Both the position numbers and the translations under genes were made by a program. From IMG/VR virus record IMGVR_UViG_3300032285_003500, positions 1 to 62,419 of that record: a stretch of DNA of 62,419 nt; one strand, 5' to 3'. The stretch's first letter is position 1; each line of letters starts with the position of its first letter. Below the pieces are notes generated by a model. The model saw only the letters and a list, made by a program, of their open reading frames with translations. It searched no databases and was not told where the DNA came from. Below, in pieces: positions 21,767-37,582 of the stretch. This DNA is from a virus. Taxonomy: Duplodnaviria; Caudoviricetes.

Positions 21767-22102
21767 ATGGCTGTTTTGCCCCTCAATACGTTTAGAACTA
21801 TTACAAAAGAACTTACTGCTACTGCGCAAGAAATTTATGTGTGTCCTACTGGCGTCACTGGAATTGTTCTGCTTGCTCAAGTGGCAAATGTCAGTGAAGG
21901 CACTGCGTTTGTTACATTTAGTCACATGCGTCAAAGAACCGAAACAGAGCTGGTAAAGAATAGCCCCATTCCCACACAGGATGCCAGAGCTGTTTTGACA
22001 GGCAGATTGGTGTTGGAAGAAGGTGACCGTATCAGAGTTTTGAGTGACACCAACGGCGCCCTTAAGATCACTTTGAGCTTGGTAGAAAGCGCCAATCAGT
22101 AA
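21767..22102 (+). CDS. Small virion-associated beta-rich protein
   Basis: IYVCPTGVTGIVLLAQVAN...LVLEEGDRI; late promoter; resembles 39179..39508. Confidence 0.65.
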   Translation: MAVLPLNTFRTITKELTATAQEIYVCPTGVTGIVLLAQVANVSEGTAFVTFSHMRQRTETELVKNSPIPTQDARAVLTGRLVLEEGDRIRVLSDTNGALKITLSLVESANQ

Positions 22103-22126
22103 TGCTTAAATATTCAAACATTTTAG

Positions 22127-26137
<4,011 letters not shown>

Positions 26138-26138
26138 A

Positions 26139-26165
26139 CCTGGGGATCAGCAATTGATCCCCAGG
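26139..26165. terminator. Hairpin between convergent genes
   Basis: 11-bp stem CCTGGGGATCA-gcaat-TGATCCCCAGG. Confidence 0.6.
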
Positions 26166-26193
26166 CCCATACTCCAAAAACTTTGGAGAAGAT

Positions 26194-26661
26194 TTATTCT
26201 CTATTCTTTTTACTGGTGGCTCTCAAGAACCAACCATGCTTGGTGTGTGCTTCTAGACGCCCACCAATAAAGTTTTCCACTCCGCCATCATTGGCAATCT
26301 TGGCTTGCTCCATGGCCTTTTGTAGAGTCACAATCACCTGATCGTTTATTTCCATGAGACGGTCTACCATGCCACTGGCAGTGGGGATCTTTGTGTCCTC
26401 CTGCAGAGTCTGCAACTCTTGAAATCTCTTGTAGCTTCCTGGACTGTACTCGTCCAAGGCGCGAATATGTTCCGCAATCTCATCAATGGCTTCGAACAGT
26501 TCGTTGTAGATATCGCCAAACATCTTGTGTAGCTCGTAGAAGTCTCTACCTTCCACATTCCAATGACATCCCCAAGTTGTTATAAACATACCCATTGTGT
26601 CTGCTAGAACTACCTTTAAACTATTACCCAAGTCGCTCACGTTCGTTTCCTCATAATACAA
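26194..26661 (-). CDS. dps: Dps/ferritin-like protein (start may be GTG 26640)
   Basis: HWNVEGRDFYELHKMF..DEIAEHIRAL..KHGWFL Dps signature. Confidence 0.92.
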   Translation of the reverse strand: MYYEETNVSDLGNSLKVVLADTMGMFITTWGCHWNVEGRDFYELHKMFGDIYNELFEAIDEIAEHIRALDEYSPGSYKRFQELQTLQEDTKIPTASGMVDRLMEINDQVIVTLQKAMEQAKIANDGGVENFIGGRLEAHTKHGWFLRATSKKNRE

Positions 26662-26686
26662 ATAAGTTCTCCTATTTATAAAAGCC

Positions 26687-27187
26687 TTATGTATCCTTGC
26701 TGTCCAAAATATTGGCCACGGATACTAGTTGTGTGCTAATCCCAGCTTCCCTCAGCATCAGCTGGCTTTGCTCAATCTGGTCCTTCCACTTCTGATAAAA
26801 ATACTGGGTGGGATCTAAACACGCTTCATCCACTATCACATGCTTGAGGCCGCTTTGAATGATGGCTCTTGTGCAGTCTGTGCAGGGCCAATGTGTAACA
26901 GCAATAGTGCAACCATCGCAACTGATTCCATTTCGAGCACAACTGTAGATCACGTTCCGCTCAGCGTGTTCAAAGTACCAGTTCTTGAGTGGCTTCTCCA
27001 GTCTGGTAGGTTCACTATCTGATAGTCCACGAGGAATACCATTATAACCAAATCCACGTGGATTGCGGTTATCATCAAAAATCACGGCACCCACTTGCAC
27101 TTGGTCCTTGCTCCATCCCGCCACTTCGTGTGCCAATTTGAGCCAGCGACTTTGCCATTTTTGGTGCATTGTGTTATCCATTGACAT
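26687..27187 (-). CDS. dCMP deaminase
   Basis: GYNG, HAERN and PCTDC zinc motifs. Confidence 0.9.
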   Translation of the reverse strand: MSMDNTMHQKWQSRWLKLAHEVAGWSKDQVQVGAVIFDDNRNPRGFGYNGIPRGLSDSEPTRLEKPLKNWYFEHAERNVIYSCARNGISCDGCTIAVTHWPCTDCTRAIIQSGLKHVIVDEACLDPTQYFYQKWKDQIEQSQLMLREAGISTQLVSVANILDSKDT

Positions 27188-27247
27188 TACCTGTATGATA
27201 CTCTATCTTAAATATCAGTCCAAGTCAAGCATCTGAAGACCAGAGGA

Positions 27248-27505
27248 ATGGCATGTTATAATATTGTGGACCACCGGCATCACTGTAGCGACAGCAAATG
27301 TGATGCGGTCTTTGAACCGGTGGCCCACTCCAAAAAAACCAAAGTCGCAATTGACCTGTGCGATATACAATTTCTGCGCAAAACTACTGTTGCCAAGGCA
27401 ATAGTCAGAGCGCAAACTCTTGCACAAGATGTGACAGTTTGGCTCTATGATAGCGGCAGCATCAGCAAGGACGAGGTACGAGAATGTAAAAAATCCTCTT
27501 CCTAG
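27248..27505 (+). CDS. Hypothetical protein
   Basis: AGAGG SD; TAAATA upstream. Confidence 0.55.
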   Translation: MACYNIVDHRHHCSDSKCDAVFEPVAHSKKTKVAIDLCDIQFLRKTTVAKAIVRAQTLAQDVTVWLYDSGSISKDEVRECKKSSS

Positions 27506-27690
27506 ATTTTGGTCTAGGAATCCTCAAAAGTATTGCTGGCCAGAGCCTCTTGACGCATGAGCACCAAATCTATATAAATAATATTCCACGGCGGGGGAGA
27601 AGGGGGAACCGCTGAGAAGCTCCTTCCAATTGGGCTGAAAGGCCAAGTTGGCAACTGTGTTGTCGCAAACACTGTATAAGGAGTAGAACC

Positions 27691-28116
27691 ATGGATGTTT
27701 TCGAACATTTCATCAAGGATCCCACTGGCACCTATGTGGGAAATCATCTGGTAGTTGACCTTTGGGGAGTGGTAAATCACAACGATCCAAATACTATAAT
27801 GGACTGTTTTACCAAGAGCTGCACAGATGCCGGCGCCACTGTGCTTTTTGAACATTGCCACATGTTTGGTGAGAACGAAGGCTATACTGGTGTAGTGGTG
27901 TTAAGTGAGAGTCATCTGAGCTTCCACACCTATTTTGAAGTAAATTTGGTCAGTTTGGACATTTTCATGTGCGGAACTGCCCATCCTGAACGTGCCATGC
28001 CCAGGATCAGAGATTTTTGGAAACCCAAGAGTGTAGACTACAATCATATTCGTCGGGGCATAGTCAGTGCCCACAAACTGCCTGTTCACCTGGCTGCTCG
28101 TATTCCCAACACCTGA
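27691..28116 (+). CDS. speD: S-adenosylmethionine decarboxylase proenzyme (class 1b)
   Basis: G.HL..DL, GYTGVVVLSE/SH self-cleavage site, HTY.E and DIFMCG motifs. Confidence 0.92.
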   Translation: MDVFEHFIKDPTGTYVGNHLVVDLWGVVNHNDPNTIMDCFTKSCTDAGATVLFEHCHMFGENEGYTGVVVLSESHLSFHTYFEVNLVSLDIFMCGTAHPERAMPRIRDFWKPKSVDYNHIRRGIVSAHKLPVHLAARIPNT

Positions 28117-28128
28117 AAGGAAGTTGCA

Positions 28129-28452
28129 ATGAGTATTTTGGACGAGTCTTTCCAGATCTTGAATTTTTTTGTCAAGGACACAGAAACTGAATTCCGTCTC
28201 TGGGGTCATCTGCAAACTGTTCAAGGAGCGAATGCTGCGTTTTGGAGCCTCAGCGGACAAAAGCACAAGCTGGACTTCAAAAATCACGGCATGTATAGTA
28301 GAGATCTTTTGAATGCCCATGGTAAACGTCATGAAAAAAAGGGATTTACAAAAGTAAGTTTGGAATCTCTAAGGGAGATATGGCCCAATTTTGACATTGT
28401 TTTTGAACAGGAATACACCAGTTTTGTACTTCAAGAAAGTGTGCAACTCTAA
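28129..28452 (+). CDS. Hypothetical protein
   Basis: AAGGAAG SD; 107-aa ORF. Confidence 0.6.
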   Translation: MSILDESFQILNFFVKDTETEFRLWGHLQTVQGANAAFWSLSGQKHKLDFKNHGMYSRDLLNAHGKRHEKKGFTKVSLESLREIWPNFDIVFEQEYTSFVLQESVQL

Positions 28453-28475
28453 ATATCAGAAAACGAGGTAACACA

Positions 28476-29024
28476 ATGGATTTGAGAAGCGCAGTAAATT
28501 TGGTTGAGAGTGCTCAAAAACAAGAGCCCATCAAGATGAGCCCCTTGCCCTATAAAAAGTCAGCTCTGGAGCCTGCTCTCAGTGAACAAAATGTGAATGT
28601 GCATTACAACATTCTCACAAAAAAGTATTTTACCAAATACGCAGAAACAGGTGATCTGTTCCAGAAGGCTGGTGCTCTGTTACACAATGACTACTATTGG
28701 GCTTGTATGCAGCCCTATGATTTAAAGAACAAGCCCAGCACAGAGTTTATGAACAAAATTGAAGCAGCCCATGGCAGCCTCAGCAAAATGCAAGATGCAT
28801 GGCTGGAAGCTGCGCTCAAGATTCAGGGCAATGGCTGGGTGTTTCTGATGACAGATTTGCAAATTCAAACGGTGCAGAATCATGTACTCAAAGCTGGTAT
28901 TATTTTGGCCTACGATCAATGGGAACACAGTCTCACAGACTATGATTTTGACCGTGAGAAAGCTTTGAAACAGTGGTGGAATGTTGTAAACTGGAGTCAT
29001 GTGGAAGAGTTGTCGCTGTCATGA
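28476..29024 (+). CDS. sod: Fe/Mn superoxide dismutase (compact)
   Basis: LPY..ALEP..S, VHY, LHN.YW, QGNGW and DQWEH; all four metal ligands present. Confidence 0.88.
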   Translation: MDLRSAVNLVESAQKQEPIKMSPLPYKKSALEPALSEQNVNVHYNILTKKYFTKYAETGDLFQKAGALLHNDYYWACMQPYDLKNKPSTEFMNKIEAAHGSLSKMQDAWLEAALKIQGNGWVFLMTDLQIQTVQNHVLKAGIILAYDQWEHSLTDYDFDREKALKQWWNVVNWSHVEELSLS

Positions 29025-29353
29025 AACAAGCCATTCAGATTACTGAATCTGCTCAAACACACCTAAATCATCTGATTGTCCTCAATCCTGGGAAGCATAT
29101 ACGTGTGAGTCTCAACAACAAGGGTTGCAGTGGGCACAGTTATGTGTGGGATATAATTGATCAAAGTGACATCAAAAGATTTGATGAAAAGATCAACCTT
29201 GTGGGTGGGTTTTTAGTGATTGAAGCTCATAGTTTACTAAACTTGCTGGGAAGCACACTGGACTGGCAAAGTGCTCAGTTTGGTGAACAGTTTGTTTGGA
29301 GCAACCCCAACGTAAAAAACATGTGCGGTTGCGGAGAAAGTGTAGGTTTTTAA
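29021..29353 (+). CDS. IscA/SufA (HesB) Fe-S carrier
   Basis: GCSG and NPN...CGCGES motifs. Confidence 0.92.
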   Translation: MKQAIQITESAQTHLNHLIVLNPGKHIRVSLNNKGCSGHSYVWDIIDQSDIKRFDEKINLVGGFLVIEAHSLLNLLGSTLDWQSAQFGEQFVWSNPNVKNMCGCGESVGF

Positions 29354-29355
29354 AC

Positions 29356-29949
29356 ATGAAGATTGAATATACCAAGAAGCTGTTTTTCAGGAAGTACAGC
29401 TATAAGCTGACTTTTTTGATTCAGGGCAAGAGTAGTGTTTGGTATAAGGCACCTTCTGAGATCCGAAAAATACCCAAATGGGTGCAAGATAACCTGTGCG
29501 ATAAAGATGTGAAAATCATCAAGAGATATCAGGGCTGGGATGACAACAAGGTTCGGTTTCATCAGTCGGTTTATTGCAAAGATCAGGACACCAAGGACAA
29601 GTTGCTGGCACAGTTTGGGCTACACATATTGGAAATATGCCAGCCCCTGGATAACAACCACAAAGACAACTTGGAAGTAAAAAATATTATTGAAGTGAGG
29701 AAAAATCTTATCTTCAAAAAATATCGTTATGCAGTCTACTTCAAATATGACAAAAAAAATGAAATATTCCATTGGCTGGAAAACTATTTCCAGGGCCATG
29801 CAACAGCCAAAGTCAGCGGAAACAAATGGTGGCCCAAGCTTTATCTGACAGATGAAACTGAAATAATGAGTGTGCGCCTGAGCTGGCAAGAGTGTATTGA
29901 CTACATCAAAACTGTGCGTTGTTTGGACGAGATCAGCATAGCGCCCTGA
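29356..29949 (+). CDS. Hypothetical phage protein
   Basis: TKKLFFRKYSYK N-terminus with an internal repeat of this motif. Confidence 0.65.
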   Translation: MKIEYTKKLFFRKYSYKLTFLIQGKSSVWYKAPSEIRKIPKWVQDNLCDKDVKIIKRYQGWDDNKVRFHQSVYCKDQDTKDKLLAQFGLHILEICQPLDNNHKDNLEVKNIIEVRKNLIFKKYRYAVYFKYDKKNEIFHWLENYFQGHATAKVSGNKWWPKLYLTDETEIMSVRLSWQECIDYIKTVRCLDEISIAP

Positions 29950-29991
29950 TAGCTTAAATATCTGCAAACAGACACGGTTTGCAGATAATCT

Positions 29992-32900
29992 ATGACAAGC
30001 TATCCCTTTTGGGCTACAGAACCTAACCTTGGCACCTTCAACGAGGGCTACAGCTTTACTGAAAATCCTCTAGTGCTGGGGTTTGGGGAAAGTAATCCCA
30101 CACCCTCCAGTACTTTGACCGTGATACAACTCAACGGTAGTTTACCTGAGGGTATAACCTGGTATCAGTCAGGCAATACCATTGTTCTCAGTGGGTATTT
30201 GCGTCAAGTAAGTTCAGATCAAACATACCAGTTCACATTCAGAGTAAGTAATGGCTCTTATGTGAGCGACAGAACTTTCAGCTTGATTCTTGCCAACATA
30301 GCAGTGCAAGAGTTTTATTTTACAACTTCCAATATTAATCCCTTGATCTATTATTATCAGGAAGGAGTAGCCACAGGCACTGTTCAGGCAGTGAGTATTC
30401 CCGAAACCCCCATCACATATGCCGTCTATAACCCTGATCTGCCGCCGCAAGGTATCAGTATAAATGCACAAACTGGGGTGATCAGTGTAGATCTTACTTG
30501 GAAATCCTTGACTGCTTATCGGACTATAATCAGTGTAGAGAGTGACTATGTTATAAACAATGGTCGTCTTTACGTATGTGTGGTGTCTGGTATAAGTGGT
30601 GGTGTGGGTGGGCCGCTGACAGTAGGTTCTGGGATAGTTGACAGTGACTATCCAGCTTGGCAACCTTCCAGGTATTATCCACTCAACTCTGTTGTAACCA
30701 ACGATCTGGGTAAAATTTATGTTTGCACACAATATGGAAACAGTGGCACAAGTGGTCCCACTGGCACTGATGTGAATATTGTAGATGGCGGTGTAAAGTG
30801 GAGTTATTTGGATCAGGCATTGGTTTGGGATCAAGTACCTCCAAACACAAGTCATACAGTGAGTAGATCAATTGTAGCCCAAACAGGCAATGAAACCATT
30901 TACAAAACATTTGATATTGAATTACTGAGTAGGCCCTATGAACCTGTTTGGGTCACTCTTGCTGGTTCTTTACCGGATGGATATACAAATGGAAACTACA
31001 GCTATCAACTGGATGCATTTGATCCTGACTTACTGGCACTATCCTGGAGTAGCAGTAACCTGCCCACCTGGCTGAGTTTGAGTAATGTTGGATTGCTATA
31101 TGGCACGGCGCCTGTGGTAACAGCCACTACAGTATATTCTTTTAGCATTGAAGTCAGCGACGGTACCTATACAATCAGCAGATCCTTTACTATAAGAGTG
31201 GAAGATTTGATCATTGAGTTCAATTGGGTGAGTGATTCCAATCTGGGATTTTTGTTGGATGGCACCTTCTGCAACAAAAAAATTCAAGCTGTGAGTATCC
31301 GACCTTTAGCTCCTGTCAGCTACGGCCTATCTGGGGGAATGCTGCCTGTGGGCGTATTTCTGGATAATCAGTCAGGATTATTGGAAGGATTTGTGGAATA
31401 TCACGGGCAAGATAAAACCTACTTGTTTGAAGTGACTGCCACAGATGGTGTGGATGTGCTGATACGATTGTTTGAAGTTCAAGTAAAAGCCAGGAATCTG
31501 GGGCATTACTGGAGTTTGAGTGTGCCGTTGTTGGGAACAGATAAAGAACAATTCATTGTGGAAAATGGTGAAAATATTGTTCCCTACCAAGGATTGTATC
31601 TTCCCGAACATACTGGATGGGGCAGGGACACTCATCCCAAGGTTACAATTATCAACGGAGTAAAGGGTATCAATGCCGCAGACTTGCGCACATTGATAGC
31701 CAACTATACTCATAATTTCAATATCAGACTACAAGGATATCAGGTTATAGAGGGACAAGACCCCTCCTTCCAGCTTGTGGCAATTCAATGCCGAGACAGT
31801 GACAGTTTACAGATTTGGCAACCCTCCACGGCTTACAGAATAGGAACAAGAGTCAGCAATGCTGATGGCTACAAATATGTGGCTTTGAATTCGGGTATAA
31901 CTGGCAGTGTAATGATAAGAGGAGTGGGCAATTCCCTTACAGATGGTTCCATGATCTGGGCCTGGGATGGAGTACCCAATAGTATCAGCAATGCTTGGAT
32001 GCTGCCCTGGTATCCCTATCGCACCTACAACTTGGGCGATATCATGGAAAATGATGGCAGCAGATGGCAGGTAGTCACATCAGGTCGCACAAGTGGAGGA
32101 TTGGGGCCACAGATTCAAGATATGAATGATCAAGGCAGAGTCACAGATGGTGAAGTGACTTGGAGCCTTTGGAATTACAACACCAGCCCAAATCGTGGCA
32201 CATTTTGGCCCAGCAATGTGTATAACATGCGCAGAGTTCTAGAAACAGTGGGTTATAGTAACGCTTGGGGAACGGGAGCAAACGTGACTGTGACTGTGGA
32301 TTTCACTGGACAAGTGCGCAGTGCAACCATAGTAAGTGCTGGTGAGGGATACTACAATCCACCTGCATATACTCTCACAGGATCTGGAGGAGGAGCAGAG
32401 CTAGAATTTACTGTGGGTATTTTTGGAGCAGTGCCTGGTGCCAACAGCTTGGGTTATGTATTGGGCGAACAGATCCTGGTGGATTTGGGCAATGGCACAC
32501 CTGCAATTTTACAAGTGAGCGAAGTGGGACCATTTGGTAGAGTAGATCAAATATCTATTGTAAATCCTGGAAGTTTTGAGAGAATCCCAGTGGGGCCTAT
32601 TGCGTTAAGCACTGGAGTCAAGAGATTGAGTGTAAACTTTATTGCAGGGTTGAGCACTGTGAGTGTTATGACAGCAGGTTCAGGATATACACAAAACAAC
32701 ACATTTGTAAATGTGAGAGGCAAAGAGTTAAATGGGGATATGAATTATCTCTCCAACACGTTTGATTTGTACTTGCCCTTGGCCTATGCCACACCCCAAG
32801 GTATAGCCTCCTTTGATTTGAATCAGGTCAACCCTTATCAGGGGCAAATTGTGGAAGCCCATTTGTTGCAAGCAACTATTCAGGGTATCGCTTGGGCTGG

Positions 32901-33201
32901 TTACAGTAGATTTGATAATGATCAGGCTGTATTTGATGAGGACAGCACACGCTTTGTGGATGTGGATCCCAGCACCGAAACAACATTTGATCAAAACAAC
33001 ACTATTTGGGAAAATAATACTACCACCTGGGATCTGGCCAAGATAATTTGGCCACGCTGGAGCGACACAGTGTTTGACGGGGACCATACCATGTTTGACT
33101 ATTATCGAACACTATTTGATGGAACCTCACCCAGAACAGACAGTGTTTACAGCAAAACATTCCTGTGGTGGTTTGGCAAGCCCTTTGAAACTAACCAGTA
33201 A
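29992..33201 (+). CDS. Virion/baseplate protein with Ig-like (He_PIG/cadherin-like) and CBM5/12-like W-x-P-x-x-x-Y repeats
   Basis: GSLPEG/LPTWL/GMLPVG Ig-like units; four W..(S/Y)..Y..G..(Y/W) modules; C-terminal TxFD repeats; late promoter. Confidence 0.75.
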   Translation: MTSYPFWATEPNLGTFNEGYSFTENPLVLGFGESNPTPSSTLTVIQLNGSLPEGITWYQSGNTIVLSGYLRQVSSDQTYQFTFRVSNGSYVSDRTFSLILANIAVQEFYFTTSNINPLIYYYQEGVATGTVQAVSIPETPITYAVYNPDLPPQGISINAQTGVISVDLTWKSLTAYRTIISVESDYVINNGRLYVCVVSGISGGVGGPLTVGSGIVDSDYPAWQPSRYYPLNSVVTNDLGKIYVCTQYGNSGTSGPTGTDVNIVDGGVKWSYLDQALVWDQVPPNTSHTVSRSIVAQTGNETIYKTFDIELLSRPYEPVWVTLAGSLPDGYTNGNYSYQLDAFDPDLLALSWSSSNLPTWLSLSNVGLLYGTAPVVTATTVYSFSIEVSDGTYTISRSFTIRVEDLIIEFNWVSDSNLGFLLDGTFCNKKIQAVSIRPLAPVSYGLSGGMLPVGVFLDNQSGLLEGFVEYHGQDKTYLFEVTATDGVDVLIRLFEVQVKARNLGHYWSLSVPLLGTDKEQFIVENGENIVPYQGLYLPEHTGWGRDTHPKVTIINGVKGINAADLRTLIANYTHNFNIRLQGYQVIEGQDPSFQLVAIQCRDSDSLQIWQPSTAYRIGTRVSNADGYKYVALNSGITGSVMIRGVGNSLTDGSMIWAWDGVPNSISNAWMLPWYPYRTYNLGDIMENDGSRWQVVTSGRTSGGLGPQIQDMNDQGRVTDGEVTWSLWNYNTSPNRGTFWPSNVYNMRRVLETVGYSNAWGTGANVTVTVDFTGQVRSATIVSAGEGYYNPPAYTLTGSGGGAELEFTVGIFGAVPGANSLGYVLGEQILVDLGNGTPAILQVSEVGPFGRVDQISIVNPGSFERIPVGPIALSTGVKRLSVNFIAGLSTVSVMTAGSGYTQNNTFVNVRGKELNGDMNYLSNTFDLYLPLAYATPQGIASFDLNQVNPYQGQIVEAHLLQATIQGIAWAGYSRFDNDQAVFDEDSTRFVDVDPSTETTFDQNNTIWENNTTTWDLAKIIWPRWSDTVFDGDHTMFDYYRTLFDGTSPRTDSVYSKTFLWWFGKPFETNQ

Positions 33202-33263
33202 TGAACCTGAACAACGATCTGCACATACTAGATCGATCGCTAAATATGAGATTGAAAATCTAG

Positions 33264-35234
<1,971 letters not shown>

Positions 35235-35239
35235 AGAAA

Positions 35240-35665
35240 ATGGCAGTAATCAGCAGAATAAACCCCAACTTTCCCCTTCCTGGAATTGATCAACCCAGCA
35301 AGGGATTTAGAGACAATTTCACTGTTATAAAGAGTGAAATTGAAGCGTTACAAGGGAAAAAAATTCAATTGGTGGGAGAAGTCACCAGTATTCCTGTGAT
35401 GCTGGATAGTGGATCGGGAGTGGTCGCGATACCCACAGTAACCAAAATATTCAGGCAAAACTTCACCTTTGGCACACTGGTGGGCGGCATACTGACTGTT
35501 ACCCACAATTTGGGTCAACAATTTGTAATTGTGCAGATCAGCAACGAAGTTTATCAAGTGGTGGCTGCTGATAGTATAACTCTTACAAACACAAACACAG
35601 TCACCATTGATCTCACCAGTTATGGAGCATTTAGTGGCACTTGGTGTGTAGTTGTTCGAGGATAA
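35240..35665 (+). CDS. Virion protein with DxxSxGFRDNF N-terminal motif
   Basis: NPNFP.PG.DQPSKGFRDNF; VTHNLG beta module. Confidence 0.7.
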   Translation: MAVISRINPNFPLPGIDQPSKGFRDNFTVIKSEIEALQGKKIQLVGEVTSIPVMLDSGSGVVAIPTVTKIFRQNFTFGTLVGGILTVTHNLGQQFVIVQISNEVYQVVAADSITLTNTNTVTIDLTSYGAFSGTWCVVVRG

Positions 35666-36230
35666 GATCAGCTGCCTGACACAAGTCTTTGACTCTTGTT
35701 ACCAGCGGGTGCCAATCCTTTTGATTGTGCAGTGCTGAGATAAGGTAGCTTTTGTGGCCACATTCAGCACCAGTAATGGCATTCTTTATGTGGTCCTCTA
35801 CCCAAAATCCTGGAGGGTAGTTTTTCAAATATCCACGCTTTTCCTCAAAGTTGTTTGTGCAGTAAATTTCACTGAACACGTTACCAAAACAGGATTTTAA
35901 ATTTTCCTGTCTCATGTGCTGAACACGGTCTGTGGTTCCGCATGCAGTAATCGCTACAAGCTTCCCCACCTTCCGCAGCATTTCAATCGCCTGGGTGGCT
36001 CCTGGCATGGGTTCCAGTTCTGCAAAACCGCGATGGTGATGAAAATCCCAAACCAGCTGATTGGCTTCCCTGCTGCTGATGCCATATCTGGGCGCCAAGT
36101 CAAAGGCATGTTCATCAAACACACCAGCGTCTGCCACATGGGGCAGGTGTTGCTCCATGTAATTTACTAGGCCCTTTTCCCAGTTCAAACAAACACCATC
36201 AATGTCCAAAAGGATCACAGTATCAACCAC
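35631..36230 (-). CDS. HAD-family 5'(3')-deoxyribonucleotidase-like protein (T4 30.2-like)
   Basis: LLDIDGVCLNW, AITA, R..NL..FG and WVEDH..NA motifs. Confidence 0.8.
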   Translation of the reverse strand: MVDTVILLDIDGVCLNWEKGLVNYMEQHLPHVADAGVFDEHAFDLAPRYGISSREANQLVWDFHHHRGFAELEPMPGATQAIEMLRKVGKLVAITACGTTDRVQHMRQENLKSCFGNVFSEIYCTNNFEEKRGYLKNYPPGFWVEDHIKNAITGAECGHKSYLISALHNQKDWHPLVTRVKDLCQAADLILEQLHTKCH

Positions 36231-37158
36231 TTGTGATCATCTCCAGTTCACACAAACAAGCCGCAGCATTGATTTCTGGATCCGCTGCAAAAGCATGGTC
36301 CCGTAGCCTGTTTGCAATCACAACAATGGCCTGATTCTGCTGACGGTCAGTCTTGCCCCACCAGTCCAGATTACGATAGAGCAGTCTGTAAAACTCCTCA
36401 TAATCATTGGCACTCATCTTGCCACTCATCAACTTGCGAGCATCAGTGATCTGACCATTCTTGAATAGTGCCACAGCTTCCACCATGTATTCACTATTAC
36501 CGCCGCTGCTTTCCCCGCTGGGCCGCTTGAGCACACCGCCCACACAGTTCTGTTGCAGCATGTTGATACACTTGCGTAGATCTGGATAGGCCACATCAAT
36601 ATAGTCGTCCAGCACAGCCAAGTTGTCTTCGTTCAGATCCACACCTTCTGTGACCAAGATGGTGGCAATACGCTCCATGTAACGGCTGCGATCAATGGCT
36701 TGAATATCAAAACTCTGACAGCGACTCTTGATGGCTGGATTGATCTTGTGACCTTCGTTGGCAGTAAAGATAAAACGGGCCACACTGCTGTAGGCTTCTA
36801 TCATGTTCTTGAGCCCAGCTTGGCCGTTGGGAGTCACATAATCAAACTCATCAAACACCACATAGCGGAAGTTGCCCATGGGCATGGTGCTCACAAAGTT
36901 CTCCAAGTCACGGACAATGTCAATACCGTTGTCCACACAACCGTTGAGCAGCTTTATGTCGCTCTTGTCCACATCCAACAGTTCCAGGAGCATGAATGCT
37001 AGGCTGGTCTTGCCCACACCAGGACTGCCCACCAGCATGATGTTGGGCAGCTTCTTCTCCTTGACCCAACTTTCCACCTGCTCCTTTTGGTGGTCACTGC
37101 TCCAAACGTAATCCTCCAGCTTCTTGGGTCTGTGCCGTTCCACCCACAAGTCACTCAT
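36223..37158 (-). CDS. Clamp loader AAA+ subunit (T4 gp44/RFC-like)
   Basis: LWVERHRP, GSPGVGKTS, DEFD, SRC and PDLRKCIN motifs. Confidence 0.92.
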   Translation of the reverse strand: MSDLWVERHRPKKLEDYVWSSDHQKEQVESWVKEKKLPNIMLVGSPGVGKTSLAFMLLELLDVDKSDIKLLNGCVDNGIDIVRDLENFVSTMPMGNFRYVVFDEFDYVTPNGQAGLKNMIEAYSSVARFIFTANEGHKINPAIKSRCQSFDIQAIDRSRYMERIATILVTEGVDLNEDNLAVLDDYIDVAYPDLRKCINMLQQNCVGGVLKRPSGESSGGNSEYMVEAVALFKNGQITDARKLMSGKMSANDYEEFYRLLYRNLDWWGKTDRQQNQAIVVIANRLRDHAFAADPEINAAACLCELEMITSG

Positions 37159-37228
37159 ATTGCTATCCTCATGTTCATCATGTTCTGATTTTACAGATAC
37201 AAATGGTTGCGTCAAACTCCCGAGATGA

Positions 37229-37252
37229 TAAATGGGCCCTTAGGCCCATTTA
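37229..37252. terminator. Hairpin after groES
   Basis: TAAATGGGCC-ctta-GGCCCATTTA. Confidence 0.55.
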
Positions 37253-37582
37253 TTCTTGCACCAACATGATGCTTTCGTTTTCAACCATTCTCACTACCAC
37301 AGGTTCTTCGCCATTTCGGTTCACTTTCACTCCCCGTGTCCAACGCCCATGTGCAATGAGCACTCTGTCGCCCACTTTTACATCTGACACGTCGTCGCCC
37401 ACTGCATAAACAGTAGCCCAGCGCGGATGAATACCACGTTCCTTGCCATCGTCATTGCCTATAATCAAGCCGCCTGCAGTTTTTGTTTCACCATATTCCA
37501 TGTCGTAAACCAACACTTTACCACGAAGTGGCTTAAGGTTACCGTCAACACTATGATCGAAAGGTTCAAGTTTATCAGTCAC
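37250..37582 (-). CDS. groES: Co-chaperonin GroES-like protein
   Basis: LKPL..VLV..ETKTAGGLII..VYAVG..VKVGDRVL. Confidence 0.88.
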   Translation of the reverse strand: MTDKLEPFDHSVDGNLKPLRGKVLVYDMEYGETKTAGGLIIGNDDGKERGIHPRWATVYAVGDDVSDVKVGDRVLIAHGRWTRGVKVNRNGEEPVVVRMVENESIMLVQE

